Assembly: GCA_028534125.1 (NCBI GenBank)
Contig: CM052816.1
Span: 124,001 to 188,000, forward strand
DNA: 64,000 nucleotides
DNA from: Lama glama
Lineage: Eukaryota
Direction: 5' to 3'
The notes below the pieces were generated by a model. That model was not told the DNA's origin. It saw nothing but the letters and a program-made list of their open reading frames with translations, and did not search any database. Positions 38,750 through 51,869 of this stretch are shown one piece after another. Position 1 is the stretch's first letter. The number at the start of each line of letters is the position of its first letter. Both the position numbers and the translations under genes were made by a program.

Positions 38750-40720
38750 CTCCTCGCCCAGTCGGCCTCTCCCTGCCCTGGCAGTGCCACATTTCTGGAC
38801 CAACGGGGCCCTCTGCCGGCCAGGCCGCTGCGCGCCGGCACCCGGGCCAGGGGAGAGGGAACAGGTGACGACGGGTGGAGGGCGGTAGCCCGGGACCGGC
38901 TGCAGGGCACCCAGGACAGGGGCTGGGCACGACTTGAAAGTGGCCTCGGCTCCAGGAGTGGCGCGGGGCTGAAAGGCGGGGAGTCTGGGGACAGCCGGAG
39001 GGCTGCCCGCACGGTGCCACCTAGTCCTCAGGGTGCCCATCTGCAGAGCGCAGCGAGGGTCCCCAAAGCTCGCCCGGCTGGGCATCCCAGAACTGAGAGC
39101 AAGGAACGAGGAATGGCAAGAAGGAACATCGGAGAGACGCGCCCAAACCGCGCAAACTACGCTGCGGAGAAGTGCGCGGGGCAGCGACCCCGAAGACGGC
39201 GGGAGGCAGCATGCACGACCTGGCCGGGCCCTGCGCACCGGACGGGGTGTCCCACCGAAGCGGTCTCGCGGGCCGGGGCTCGAACGAGCGTCAGAAGCAA
39301 AACGCAAAAAAAATAAAATAAATAAAATAAAATAAAATTCCTCCAGCTTGGAAGTTTTCTCCCCTTTGGGGCTCAGTGCAAGGAACATCTGGATTTTGTA
39401 CGTATTTTTTTGTTGTTGTTAAATTAACTTCTCAAGGAGAGAAAGAAGGGGGGAACTGCAAGGGGGGTGGGTGTACAGGGGCCAAGGAGGCTCCAGACGT
39501 TTGGCAAGAAATCGGCGGCCTAAGGGAGCCGGGACTAGAGCTTGGTCCCGGAGCCCCAGGGAGCCCCGCACACGGCCGCGCCCGCAGCCGCAGCGACTAC
39601 GGCTCCGGGGTCACGGAGGACCGCGGCCTCAAGCCAGCCCGTCGGGTACGCCGGCGCCTCTCCGCACGGCGCGCCACGGGGACACCGACTTGCGGATCCA
39701 GCGACGCGCACGCCGCAAACAAACAGCTCCAGGCAACCCGGCGGCCCCCACTAGCCCGGGCACCACTCCCCGTGCACCTGGGTCGCCCCCGCCCTCGCGC
39801 CCGCGCCGGCCTCGGGCCCGGCCTGCCCGCCCCGCCCGCCGGGCCGCCGAGGCACCTACCCGAAGTAGGCGGCCGAGGGGCGCAGCGCGGCGAGCAGCAG
39901 CGTCAGCGCGAAGGCCGCGGCCAGCCAGCGCGCCAGCAGGGGCCCATCCAGCATCTTGCCGCGCCGCGGCGGCTGACCATCGCGCTCCCAGCCCCGCGCA
40001 GGGCGCCCCGCGGCCGCCGCCCTCTTATAGCGCCCGGAGGGCCAGGCCGGGGGCGGGGCGCCGGCCAGCTGGCCCGGCCCCGCCCGCGCCCGGGGAGGGG
40101 TCACGCCGGCGCCGGGGGCGGGCCGAAACCCGAGCCAACTCGCCGCCCTGCCTCGTTGCAGCCCGGCCACTCGGGTTCGGGCGCGCCCCGCGCGTGGGGA
40201 GGGAGGCACGCGAGGGCGGGTGGGGACCCGGGCGGCCGGAAGAGGAGGGAGGGGCGGGGGCGCGTTGGGGGCCGGGGGAACGGAACGAGCCCCTGGGCGG
40301 CTGCAGGGGCGGAGACGAGGCGGAGCGTTGACGGCCTGGGGCAAGACGGCGGGGGCGGGCGTTGGGCGACAGGCGGGGTGGGAGCAAGAGGGTGGGAGCG
40401 TTAGGGGATCTGGGGGTGGGGGACTCGGAGCGGCCAAGGGGGCGGGGTGTGGCCTGGGGCGGGGCCAGGGCGGAGCTCTTGGCCCCGACGCAAGGAGGTG
40501 GTGCCGCAGGGGACTCCGGTGTCAGCCCAAGAGCCGGAGAGCGCGCGTCAGCTCGGCTCCCCGGAGAAGTCTGCGTGCAAAGGGAGACAGGCCAGCAGGT
40601 GATGCCCCGCCGTTTGCGAAGCCTGACCGTTCAGGAAGTGAGGCCAGAGACTCTCTGGTCTGCTGGCCTGGAAATGAGGCGACCTAGTCAGGGATGGCGC
40701 GGGCCGAGACGCTGAAGCTT
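38750..40720. promoter_or_regulatory. CpG island / WNT9A promoter with GC boxes and TATA-like TATAAG (minus strand, 40029-40024)
   Basis: Very high GC and CpG density around exon 1; TATAAG 70 nt upstream of the ATG; GGGCGGGG nearby. Confidence 0.88.
39860..39954 (-). CDS. WNT9A: Wnt-9a coding exon 1 (signal peptide [32 protein letters not shown])
   Basis: ATG at 39954 in context GGCAAGATGC; hydrophobic signal peptide; 95 nt ending at donor GG|GTAGGT; phase joins exon 2 in frame. Confidence 0.96.
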
Positions 40721-41494
40721 TTGGAACTTGTGTCTCCCTATCCTTAAATCGAGGGAGTTGAGCTAGAGGCTGAATCACTGCCAGCACTGATCCTGGGGCG
40801 ACCTCCTCCTCAGAACCTCTGTACTGTAAGAACTGGATGAAGCGACCATGGGGCGTCTAGAGGCAAGAGGAGCCGCCAGAAACAAGGAGAGAGAACGCAG
40901 AGCCACTGCTGAAGCAAGGCAGTGTCAGAGAACCCAAAACCCAGGAAAGAACAGATAACACAAATTACCAGGCACAAGATAGGGTTAAGGAGAACCCTTA
41001 GGAGCCCCCTGGGCCAGGGTTTCTCCACGTCAGCTGCTACAAAGCAGGGAGGAGAGCACTGCTCTGGGCTCTGGGCAGCGGGGTAGGTGTCCACAAAATG
41101 CCAGCCTTCAGATGACACTAGAGGCCCCGTGGGCCCGTTGGGCCAGTGCTGCGAGGAGCCTCAAGTCCTGGGCCTGCAGGGAAGAGCCCAACTCCTTATC
41201 AGACATGTGAGCTCAGAGTTGCTGCATCTGGGCACAGTGACCCCAAGGTCTGGGATCTGAGCACCACCAAAGTTGGGCTAGTGTGGGCTCTGAGGATCTG
41301 CCACTTGGTGACCTGTCTCAGGATAGGCTCAGAGGCAAAACAAGAGGGTAGGAAATATACCCTGACAATGGCTGTGGAGCCACTGGGCATCCCACCTCTC
41401 TTAGAAGGCCACGCAGGTGAGCATACTCCATCCTGCCTGGGTGCCTTCTGCTGTGTGGCTTGTTGACAAGAGGGCGGGGAGGAGATGGGGCCTG

Positions 41495-41540
41495 AACAAA
41501 TCACTTCCTCTCTAGGCCTCAGTTTCCCCATCTGAGACCC
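41495..41540. mobile_element. MIR core fragment (similar fragments at ~55815-55880 and ~63570-63600)
   Basis: caaatcacttcctctctaggcctcagtttccccatctg MIR core signature. Confidence 0.55.
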
Positions 41541-44429
41541 ATCCAACTCCAGGGAGCCGTGTCTTTTTCTAAGTTGTGATGTCATGCTGTGAAAGTCTCT
41601 GCCCGTGGCTCTGCCTCTGTGCAGATGTGACCAGCCTCACGTCATTTCCCACTCCAGGGACGACTCCTGTGGGAGGGGGCCCTCTGATGCCCTCATCTGC
41701 CCACATCACATTCAGCCACCTCACCAATAGGGCTGGCACAGCAAAGAGAACACAGACCAAAGCAGCCCCAGCCCACCCAGGCTGCAGGGCCTTGGGGACG
41801 CTGTGCCATCCCCAGCTCCAAGGGCCTCAGCGCAGCCCACAGGGCCTCCACCTGAAGGCCTGGCTCCCACACCCGGGAAGTGTGAGGCATGGGGTGAGGG
41901 GGGCACAGAGTGATGACATGTTTAAAGGCACAGAGACTGTGTCCAAGAAAAATGAAGTGTGAGGTTGTAAATGTGTGTCTGGAAGGAGCTGCCAGCCTTA
42001 TAGAGCTCCCTTCCATGGGGAGTGAAGGGTTCTCATCCGGCCACCCAGCAAGTCCCAAGGAGGAAGATGGCCAGCTGAGGTCCCAGCCTGCGACTGGCAC
42101 AGCCACAGCTGGCACAAAGGGGACTGGAAAGATGAACGCCATCTGTGGACTTGGGAAGGAGGATAAGGTTGGAGTTATGCTTTCATGGGGGCTGTCAGCT
42201 CATGGCAGCTTGGGGGCATGCTAGCCCCTGTTTTCCAGTGCTGAGCCTCCCCCAGGTATCAGCAGGGGGAGAGGTTCTGAGAGACTCCTTCAGTCCAGGG
42301 AGTGGAGAACCAAGGCCTACAAGAGGACCAGGGTTTACTGGGCCATGCAGCATGGCAAGTGGTGACAGGAGCAGGGAGGGGGTGGGGATGGGGGTGAGGA
42401 TACACCTGAGGGTCTGGGAGGGGCTGCCCCACCCACTGCACCTGGGGTGATGGCAGCAGCTGAGGTGGTGCCACCAGCTACCCGCACCCCACCTGGACCT
42501 GGGGAGACAGGCTCCCTCTCACAGGAGTCTCCCAGACCTCAGACCTCCCCATCAGACCTGACTGCCCTGCCCCGCCCCTGCCTGCCTTCCCACCTCCCCC
42601 ACAGGCATTGGTGGGCCTCCCTAAACTGCAGGAGAAAGCCACAGAAGCTCTCCTGCTTACAGGTTTCCAGGTGCCCGTGCAGTCAGATCTCTTCAGAGGG
42701 GGGCCAGGTACATTCCACCTCTGTGCCCACAACTCCTGCCTCCCCCAAACCCAGCCCCAGCCTACATTTGCAGATCCTGGTTCCCTGCAACACTTCCGCT
42801 GGCCATCCCACACCGGCCTGGCCTCTCTTCTGTCCAGGGTGGAGAAGGAAGGTAAATTAATGTGGAACAGCCATTGACAGACCAGCACCTGGCTTGGTTG
42901 ACTGTGGGTGCTAAACCAAGGCCCAGAGAACTCGCAAGTCAGCCCACCAAAGGGCACAAAGTAAGCAAGAGGGTCAGACACCTGACCCCAGCCTCATTTT
43001 ACCAGCTAAGCCACCTCGCAGATAATCTTGTTGGCCTCAGCACAGCATGAGGTGGGGGTGTTTTCCAAGGGGGTCAGACCTTTGGCTTCCAGCATAGCAC
43101 TTTCTGGCCAACGGCAAAGTGGCCCTATGTTTCTGTTAGAGAAGCCTGGGCTTGGGGCTTCCTTAGTCCCCCGGCCACAGCCACCTGGGCCTGCCTGACA
43201 CAGGCAAACCTTCTGGGAAAGGACATCCAGAGTACAAGGCAGGACAAGCTGTCACTAGTGCAGGGGCTGCAGCCACCCTGTGCAGCCCGAGGGCGAGCAA
43301 GGAGTGGTCCAGGCCGGGCTGTGTTGTCTCTACCCTGCACGTGTTCCTAACCAGAGCTGTGGCAGTGATTTCCAGGGGGCTGATGGGCACATCCCCAAGA
43401 GGACCACATCAGTGCCAGAGAGGGGCATATGCTCCAAAACAAAGCCTGCCCTAAGAAGGGTAAAATAGAGGCGGTAGGCTGTGAAGGGTCACTACCCCGT
43501 TTGCAAACCTCCTGCTTCATGGAGGCCCTGGCCCTGTGATGTGCCAGAAGCACGCACAGCAATGAATCCCTGAGCACGCTGACACCCAGCTATGCAGAAG
43601 GGGCTGCCCAGGTCTCAGCAGAACAGCAAACTCCTGCAAAGCTAGGGGTGCCTACCATGACCCCAGGCTGGGTGAGGGCAGCCCACTTCCCGGGGTCAGG
43701 CCCACCCACATCTTCAAGGCCTAGTTTGGATGCAGCAGTGAAGCCTCGATTGTCAAATCCAGTGATCTCCTCAGTCCTTTCCTCCTAGGGCCAGAGACAA
43801 AGAGAGAGACAGAGACAAAGAGATGGAGGGGATGGAGGACAGGAGGAAGCCCACCTTCCCAGCTGACACCACCTAACTCCCCACCTGCTTTTCAGGCCTC
43901 AGTTTCCCAGCCAACAGCATGATGAGGATGAGGTATAGGGAGGATCCAGGAGGGCCAGGCTGGGGAGGTTGCAGGCCCAGATGCTGCCCAGAATGGGGAG
44001 TGGTTCTCTCAGGTGGTCTGGAAGGAGTGGGCGAACAGACGCTTATCAGAAAACATCGCCTAATTGGGGCCTAATTGGGAAGGTTTATGGGGCCAGGCAG
44101 GGGGGCTCCCTGGGGGAGACAGCAAAAGCCACTTATGAGTCATCTGAAACTGAGCCGGACAAAGAGCTCAAGGAGAAATGATCCCACCCAGCCTGCCAGC
44201 CATGGGTAGAATGAGCTCATGGGCTGTGGGGCAAATATGCGTGCATATGTGTGCGTGCGAGTGCGTGCGTGTGTGTGTGAAAGACAGAGAAGGAGAGAGA
44301 GGGAGAAAGAAGGAGGAGAAGCTGGTACTTACACAGCTGGGACTCAGAAGCTGAGCCCAGCAGATCCTCCTGTGCTGCCCCAACACTGCATGGCCAGACT
44401 GCCCCCTGCGGGTCAGCAATGGAAAGGCC

Positions 44430-44812
44430 CAGTATCTCAACCAACATCCTGGTCCAGCAATCTAGTCAGCATCTTGGCCAGCATCCAGTTCAGCATCCCA
44501 GCCAGCATCCTGGCCAGCATCCAGTTCAGCAACCTTATCCAGCGTCTAGTTCAGTATCCTGGTCAAGCATCCTGGCAAGGATCCAGTTCAGCATCCTGGT
44601 TAGCATCCGAGTCAGCATTCAGTTCAGGTTTCTGGTCCAGTGTCCTGGCCAACGTTCAGTTCACCATCCAGCTCAGCACCTTGGTCTAGCATCCCAGCTA
44701 GTATCCAATTCAGCATCCAGTTCAGCATCTCAGCCCACATCTAGCTTAGCATCCTTGTCCAGCATCCTAGCCAGCATCCAGTTCAGCATCCCAACCAGCA
44801 TCCTGACCAGCA
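44430..44812. repeat. Degenerate minisatellite with 12-bp subunit CAGCATCCnnnn and 36-bp higher-order unit
   Basis: Repeated ccagcatccagttcagcatcccagccagcatcctgg-type units, e.g. at 44478-44530 and 44771-44812. Confidence 0.88.
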
Positions 44813-44959
44813 TGAACATACCCTCTCTGCAGAGCCCAGCACAGGACCCTTCCATGTCCTTTGGGAAGATCTCGAATGGACATAGAGCTTATTCTTCACA
44901 GTGGGACGCCATCTGTTCGCACCATCTCATCCTCTGTGAGATGTGTGTTGGAGACTTGG

Positions 44960-46160
44960 ATGCATAATAAACATTTTAACATATTTCAAAATGTTTAGAA
45001 CTTGTTGTTTTGAAAGAACTGTAGATTCACATGCAATTGAATGGTAGCATCTCCCAGTGGTAGCATCTTGCAAAACTATAGGATGATATGACAGCCAGGA
45101 AACTGACATTGACACGATCCATTGACCTTGCTACATGCACTCATCTGTGTGCATGTGTATTCAGTTCTACACAGTTTTATCACACATGGAGATTCATTTG
45201 CCCACCACGTCTCCGTCACCACAGGATACCTCATGCTGCTCTTTTATAGCTACACCCCCTGGCACTTGCTAATCTGCTCTCCATCTATCATTCTGTCAGT
45301 TCAGGAATGCTGTATACATGGAATCATACAGTATGCAACCTTTGGGGATTGCCTTTAATTTAAGCTTAATTCCCTCGAAATTCTTCCAGATTGCCAAGTG
45401 TATCAACAGTCCTTCCTTTTGAGTTCTTCATAGGATTCTACTGTATGGATATAGCATGAACCCACTGAAGGACATCCAGGTGGTGTCCAACTTCTGACTA
45501 TTATGGATAAAACTGCAGTTAACATCTGTGTACACATTTTATGTGCATATACATTTTATTTGCCTAGGAGAGCAAGGGCTGGGTCATACGGTAATTGCCA
45601 AACTGGTTTCTAGAGTGGCTGCACTGTTTTGCATTCCCACCAGCAATGTACAAGAGATTCAGTTTCTCCACATCCTCACCAGTATTTGAGGCTGTCTCTC
45701 TCTTTTTTTTTTTTAATTTTAGTTGTTCTTATAGGCATGCAGTGGTATCTCACTGTGGTTTTAATTTGCATCTCCCTAATGGCTAATGATAGATTAGTTA
45801 ATCCATTAACATTAACGGATTTTATTTCCTTTTGTATCTCCTCTTTGGTGCAATGTCTGTTCATCCTTGGCCCACTTTCTAATTGGATTTTTGTTGTTGT
45901 TAATTTTGTTTGTTTGTTTGTTTGTTTAAGCTGGGGAGGGAGGTAATTAGATTTATTTATTTATTCTTAGAGACGGTATTGGGGACTGAACCCAGGACCT
46001 CCTGCATGCTAAGCATGGGCTGTACCACTTGAGCTATACACTCCCCCAACTGGATTTTTTTAAATGTTGAGTTTTGAAAGTTCTTTTTATATTGTAGGTA
46101 TGAGTCTTTTGTGAGATGCTGGTTTGAAAATATTTTCCTCCAGTCTGTAGCTTGTCTCTT
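44960..46160 (-). mobile_element. Old L1M 3' region (interrupted by SINE)
   Basis: tggaatcatacagtatg, ttgcattcccaccagcaatg, gtggtatctcactgtggttttaatttgcat: L1 ORF2-end/3'UTR signatures. Confidence 0.78.
45893..46047 (-). mobile_element. tRNA-derived SINE (Vic-1-like), inserted in an older L1
   Basis: Same head and ctaattacctcc body as the 25.8 kb copy; TSD aattggattttt (45881) / aactggattttt (46048). Confidence 0.85.
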
Positions 46161-46268
46161 TTTTTTTTTTTGAAATTATTATTATTATTTTATAAACATG
46201 TGTTTTTCAAATTTTTAGTTTTTAATTAAAGCAGAAATAATCTATGACCTATTTTGAAAAAGGATTTC

Positions 46269-46516
46269 TTTTAAAAAAAATTTTTTATTGCAGTATAGTT
46301 GATTTACACTGTTAGTTTCAGGTGTACAACAAAGTGATTCAGTTGTACATGAACATATTTTTTTCAGATTCTTTTCCATTATAGTTTATTACAAGAAATT
46401 GAATATAGTTCCCTGTGCTGCACAGTAGGTCTTTGTTGTTTATCTGTTTTGTACAAAATTGTATGTATCTGTTAATCCCAAACCCTTAATTTATCCCTCT
46501 GTCCTTTTCCCCTTTG
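46269..46516 (-). mobile_element. L1 3' end fragment
   Basis: tatagttgatttaca...gtttcaggtgtacaacaaagtgattcag; flanking aggatttc at 46261 and 46517. Confidence 0.75.
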
Positions 46517-48675
46517 AGGATTTCATTTCTATAATTTACTCCAAACCATTTTTCTGAATGGTCTCTTTTCCTCCCTTGGTTTATCTACCACTAGCAGGGA
46601 CAGTGCCACTCCAGAAGCACTCCTGCATCCATGGGCATTGACCAATGCTCACTGCAGGGCCAGTAGAGAAAAGGGGCAGATACTCAGACTGAGACACCAT
46701 TCCCACTGGAGCACAGGGCGGGACTCAGTGGAAAGGGAGCTATTTGCATTGGGAGCCATGCTGGAGTGTGCCAGGTGCGGGGCCAGTGTCCTGTTTCATG
46801 GCTGGGACTCCCACCCAGGCTGCAGTCTCCCTTTTGGGTCAGGGGACATGTATCCTGCATCCAGGCTCTTCCTGGCCCCTCGATTCCACTTGTTTCCATC
46901 CCGTCCTGGGGAACAATCTCATTCTTCCGTCCAGGCCTGGGTGAAGTTCTGACCCCAACACCACCGTATTCAGTCATGCGCCCAGATGAGTGTGCCTTGG
47001 AAAGGTGCTCCTGCTCCGTGGGGCTCACTGGCCTCCCGAGAGGAGGATGTGGATGAGCGGGCCACGCTGAGCACTCCCCTGAAGGTCAGCATGTTCCCCA
47101 GGGGCTGGCCCCCAAATTAGGAGCTCACCCCCAACATTTGCAGGCTCCTCCGAGGCCAGGGAGGAATGGCTGTCAGGCTCCGTGGCAGGGCCCAGACTGC
47201 CAGCTGCTCCTTCATCTCCGAGAGCCCTGACTACCAAATCGCACCACTCACCGGGCTTGCCCTGCAGTTCCCATGGCTTCTTCCTGTGGATTCAGGAGGC
47301 CTGGAGCTCTCCAGGAAATTTTGTGTGAGGTTTGGAAAGAGTAAGTGGAAAGAGCCAAACGCTATTATGCCCAAGGGGCAGGTGCCAGGCCTGGGGGCCC
47401 CCCCTGTGGTCAGTGAGGCCTCCCAACTCATGCTGGGCCTCCTGGGTTGGCCCGGCTGTGCTTACTACGGTACAAAGGGAAATATGACCTCCTGCTAGGC
47501 CCCCTCCCTCCGTCCCATTCCCTCCTGCCTACGGCACTTCCAAATGAACAGCTTCACAGAGACTGTAACCAGCTCCAAAACTGCGTGAAGTCAAATCTTT
47601 GTCATGAATATGCGTGCATCTCTGAACAGTCTAGGTCTCTGCTAAAACCCTACAGTTTGATGGCAAAGACTTCCCAAGATGCAGATTAGTTTTGTGGCTG
47701 GTAAATGTGCTGTTTCAGTGCTAGTGACGGAGGCTGCTGGTGTCATCGTAGGGCCGCCAGGATACAGCAGTCGTCCTCGGGAGCACAGGCCCAGAAGCTG
47801 GGCCCACCCTGTCTGTGTTCCTCCCAGCGGCCAGGTCCAGCCCTAAGCCCAGTGTGAGGGGAGAAGGAAGCCTAAATGTCCAGCAGGGTTGAAAAGTGAT
47901 TTAGCAAGAGTTAACGAACTATTTGAAGAAGAAGAAGAAAGTCATACCCTAGCTTTGCCATAAACAATTTTCAGAAGGATCAAAGAGACTTTAAAAGAAT
48001 AAAAATAAAATATAAAACATCTTTCCATTGAAGGATGAGAATGCCTTTTGTAAGCATAAGTAGAAAACACTGGTAAAGTGATGCACATTTTTGGTAGGCC
48101 ATCTGGCAACATACCTGAAAAGTTGTCATTTTGTCAAAACTTTGCCCGAGTCTTTCATGCTAGAAAAGTAACAGAGATGCACAGCGAGGCTGAAGTGAGG
48201 CTCATCCCAGGCAGCCAAGCTCCCCGCTGTGGTTTTCCTGTCTGATGAAAGCGAGCTGAGTGTGGATGTCAGCGGGGTGGTCAGAGTGAGTGAGAGCCAG
48301 GGATGGGTTGGGGTGAGTCAGAACGACACCAGGGGAGCGGATCTTACAGGCTCTTGTACCGAGCAAGCAGTTACACAGTTCTGGAGCCCAAGGCAGGTTC
48401 CCTCAGGCTGCTGCACTAAGATCACACTAGTGGGCAAACACAGAAGCAGGAACCAGGTGAGAGAAACACATGCTTGGACCAGAGAGCTGGTAGTGGTGGG
48501 GCAGGCCTTGGCCATCCCTGCAGGGAGAGGTGACAGGCTTCTGTAGATGTGTGAGGCCAAGAAGAGGCAGACGGCTGTAAAGCTGGGCTGCTGCCAGCTC
48601 AGATGGGAAGACTAAGGGACCAACAGATTCAGGAACAGAGTAAGCATGGAGTGTCACAGTAAGCATGCAGTTAAT

Positions 48676-49152
48676 AGAATACTATTCAGCCATAAAAAAT
48701 GACAACATAATGCCATTTGCAGCAACATGGATGTCCCAGGAGAATGTCATTCCCAGTGAAGTAAGCCAGAAAGAGAAAGAAAAATACCATATGATATCAT
48801 TCATATGTGGAATATTTAAAAAAAAAAAAGAAGACAAATGAACTTAAATATAAAGCAGAAACAGACTCACAGGCATAGAATACAAACTTGTGGTTGCCAG
48901 GGGGAGGCAGGTGGGGAGGGACAGACAGACAGTTCGAGATTTATGGATACTGACAGGTATATATAGACGAGATAAACAAGTTTATACTGTACAGCACAGG
49001 GAAATGTATTCAATATCTTGTAGTAGCTCACAGTGAAAAAGAATATGAAAATGAATATATGTGTATATTTATGTATGACTGAAGCATTGTGCTGTACACC
49101 AGAAATTGACACAACATTGTAAACTGACTATAACTCAATAATAAAAAAAAAA
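48676..49152 (+). mobile_element. 5'-truncated L1 (ORF2 tail and 3'UTR)
   Basis: gaatactattcagccataaaaa...atgccatttgcagcaacatggatg...agtgaagtaagccaga, typical L1 3' region, with poly-A. Confidence 0.88.
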
Positions 49153-49611
49153 TCATGGAGTTGATCATTGACATCAAGGTTGGAGTTCAGAGAAGACGGT
49201 CATCAGAGTGTCAAAGGGAACAGATGTGAGATGCCTGCTACATTGGCAGAGCAGAACCAACTGCAGCCCCCAGCTTACCAAGTCAGCCCTGGATTCCAGG
49301 GAGCACGGACACCTGCAAGAAAACAGTCAACAGTGAATTCCACAGCAGCTGCAAAACCCCCACCAGTAGCCTGGATGCCTGAAAGCAGCTTTGGACTGGC
49401 ACTTTGTGTGGAGCAAGTCCAATGTGGCAACGAAAGGCCACTGCGAGCATAAGGACCTGCTGTGAGATGCCTTGTCCCCAAATTCAGAGGCAATGGGGAC
49501 TTTGCTGTCTGAAATCATGCTGGTGAGAGTCATGCAGCCCATTCTTGCCGGAGAGATAGGAGCCCTATGAATCACTCTGACATGGACAAGCAGCATTGGT
49601 TTTCAAACCTG

Positions 49612-49870
49612 GTGTGGCAGGCAGGGTTCTAGGGTGCCCCCTGAGATCCCCACCCACAGGTGTGCACACCTTGCATAAGCCCCAACCCTTGAGTGGAGCA
49701 AACTCACGATTATGACCAGGTCAGACTTTGAAAAGACCGAGTATCTGGGTGGGCCTGACCTAATCAGATGGGACTGGTACTCCCTGAGGCCACAGAGATT
49801 GGAGCTGTGAGGGGGCCCAGGGAGGGCCAGGACATGAGAGCTGTCCTTGGCTGCTGAGAGCACAAGCCCC
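49612..49870 (+). mobile_element. Probable MLT1-type LTR fragment
   Basis: Begins tgtggcaggcag; contains atctgggtgggcctgacctaatcag. Confidence 0.5.
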
Positions 49871-50879
49871 GCAGGGGGAAGACATAAAGCCAGAATACAA
49901 CCCTAGACAAGGAGAGGCAGCTTCTCCCAGCCCGATGTCTCCCTGAATGTCAGGTGCCTTCCACACCACCAGAGCATGGAATGACAGCAAGTGAAAATGC
50001 TTCACAGGGGCTTTTGGGGCCTGGACCCTTTGTTCTGGGGCTCATCCTATGCCATCTTCTTAAAATCATGAATTGACCCAGGCCAGGGCTGCACCTGACC
50101 CTTCTGAACTCACTCTACTTGACAGAAACCCCCCAGAGGACAAAGAGCTGAAAATGCCAGCTATCTTAGAATAAAGGCCACTGGACACCAGCAGAAGTAG
50201 CCGTGATGCCTTTACTTAAGGAGATGACACAAAACATGAACAAGAAATCAGTTCCAAAAGAACCAAGTGAGACAAGAAGACCTGAGAGGTGGAGAGAAGG
50301 CAGCCTACCTGGGGCCTTAGAATCGGAGGAAAGATGCAGCAAAGAGTGTCCTGGTTTTCTTCCCACCTCAGGGTCACTAGATCCCAGCCCGGGTGCTGGA
50401 GTAGCCAGAAACCCAGAGACAGCAAGGAGTGCAAACCAAAGAAACCCCAAGAAAATCTGCTTATCTCTAGCCAGCAGACCAAGAAAAGACACAAGAAGAG
50501 ATTTTAGACGGTAATTGCCCAATCCCAGCCAGACATTGTGGTAGAAGACATGCCTGCCACACTCCTGCCACCAGTTTGGGCGCCCTGACCCCCTCCTCAC
50601 GCGTAGTGACCCTTTCCCACCAGGATGGTGTGAGAGAGGGCCCCTGATGGAAGCCAGATGAACACCACCTTCCGAGGGTTGACAGCCCCCATCTCACCCC
50701 TGCAAAGTGATGGAAATCTGATGAGGAGCCACATCCTTCCTGCTGGCAGTAACGAAGCCGTGTCTCTCCTCTGCTAATCAGTGTCAGAGGAGGCCTGCTG
50801 AAACAGACTTAAATGTAATACCCTCCTAGTAATGTTACTCATGGAAACAAAGGCCAGTAAAACCTCATCCTGAATGACA

Positions 50880-51369
50880 CAGACAATCAACAGATACTGA
50901 TACCAAGATGACACTTCTGTTGAACTTTTGACAAAGAATTTAAAGAAATCGTCAGGAAAATGCTTCAACAAGCAATTACAAATACTTGAAATAAATGAAA
51001 AACATAGAAATTCTCAGCAAAGAAATGGAATATGTGAAAAATAAACAAGTGGAAATTTTAGAAATTAAAATGCAATTAAACAAACACTCAGTGGATGGGC
51101 TCAACAACAATTCTAAGAGAAAAGAATCAGTGAAGTTGAAGATAAGCTATTAGAAACAATGTAATCTGTGAAACAGAAAGGAAATAGACTGGGGGGGAAA
51201 GGTCAGACCTGTGGGTCTACAACAAAAGATCTGTTTGTGTTACTGGATTCCTGAAAGGAGAGAAGAAAGAAAGAGAGCAAGGCTGAGAAAAATTTCCCAA
51301 AGTTGGTAAAAGACATAAACCTACAGATTCAAGAAGCTGAACAAATCCCAAGCAAGATCAACTCCCAAA
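50880..51369 (+). mobile_element. Old L1 ORF1 remnant abutting the gap
   Basis: A-rich; translates in part to ENFPKLVKDINLQIQEAEQIPSKIN, typical of L1 ORF1p. Confidence 0.78.
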
Positions 51370-51869
51370 NNNNNNNNNNNNNNNNNNNNNNNNNNNNNNN
51401 NNNNNNNNNNNNNNNNNNNNNNNNNNNNNNNNNNNNNNNNNNNNNNNNNNNNNNNNNNNNNNNNNNNNNNNNNNNNNNNNNNNNNNNNNNNNNNNNNNNN
51501 NNNNNNNNNNNNNNNNNNNNNNNNNNNNNNNNNNNNNNNNNNNNNNNNNNNNNNNNNNNNNNNNNNNNNNNNNNNNNNNNNNNNNNNNNNNNNNNNNNNN
51601 NNNNNNNNNNNNNNNNNNNNNNNNNNNNNNNNNNNNNNNNNNNNNNNNNNNNNNNNNNNNNNNNNNNNNNNNNNNNNNNNNNNNNNNNNNNNNNNNNNNN
51701 NNNNNNNNNNNNNNNNNNNNNNNNNNNNNNNNNNNNNNNNNNNNNNNNNNNNNNNNNNNNNNNNNNNNNNNNNNNNNNNNNNNNNNNNNNNNNNNNNNNN
51801 NNNNNNNNNNNNNNNNNNNNNNNNNNNNNNNNNNNNNNNNNNNNNNNNNNNNNNNNNNNNNNNNNNNNN
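51370..51869. other. Assembly gap (500 N)
   Basis: Exactly 500 N, flanked by L1 sequence on both sides. Confidence 0.99.

Noticed and set aside
39376..40437. Long ORFs (342, 286 and 193 aa) across the WNT9A promoter
   Set aside because: Arg/Gly/Pro/Ala-rich frames expected in a CpG island lacking stops; only the last 32 codons of the 193-aa ORF are the real exon 1
46560..47660. Possible ERVL/LTR remnant
   Set aside because: Only a vague resemblance; no diagnostic motif I can support
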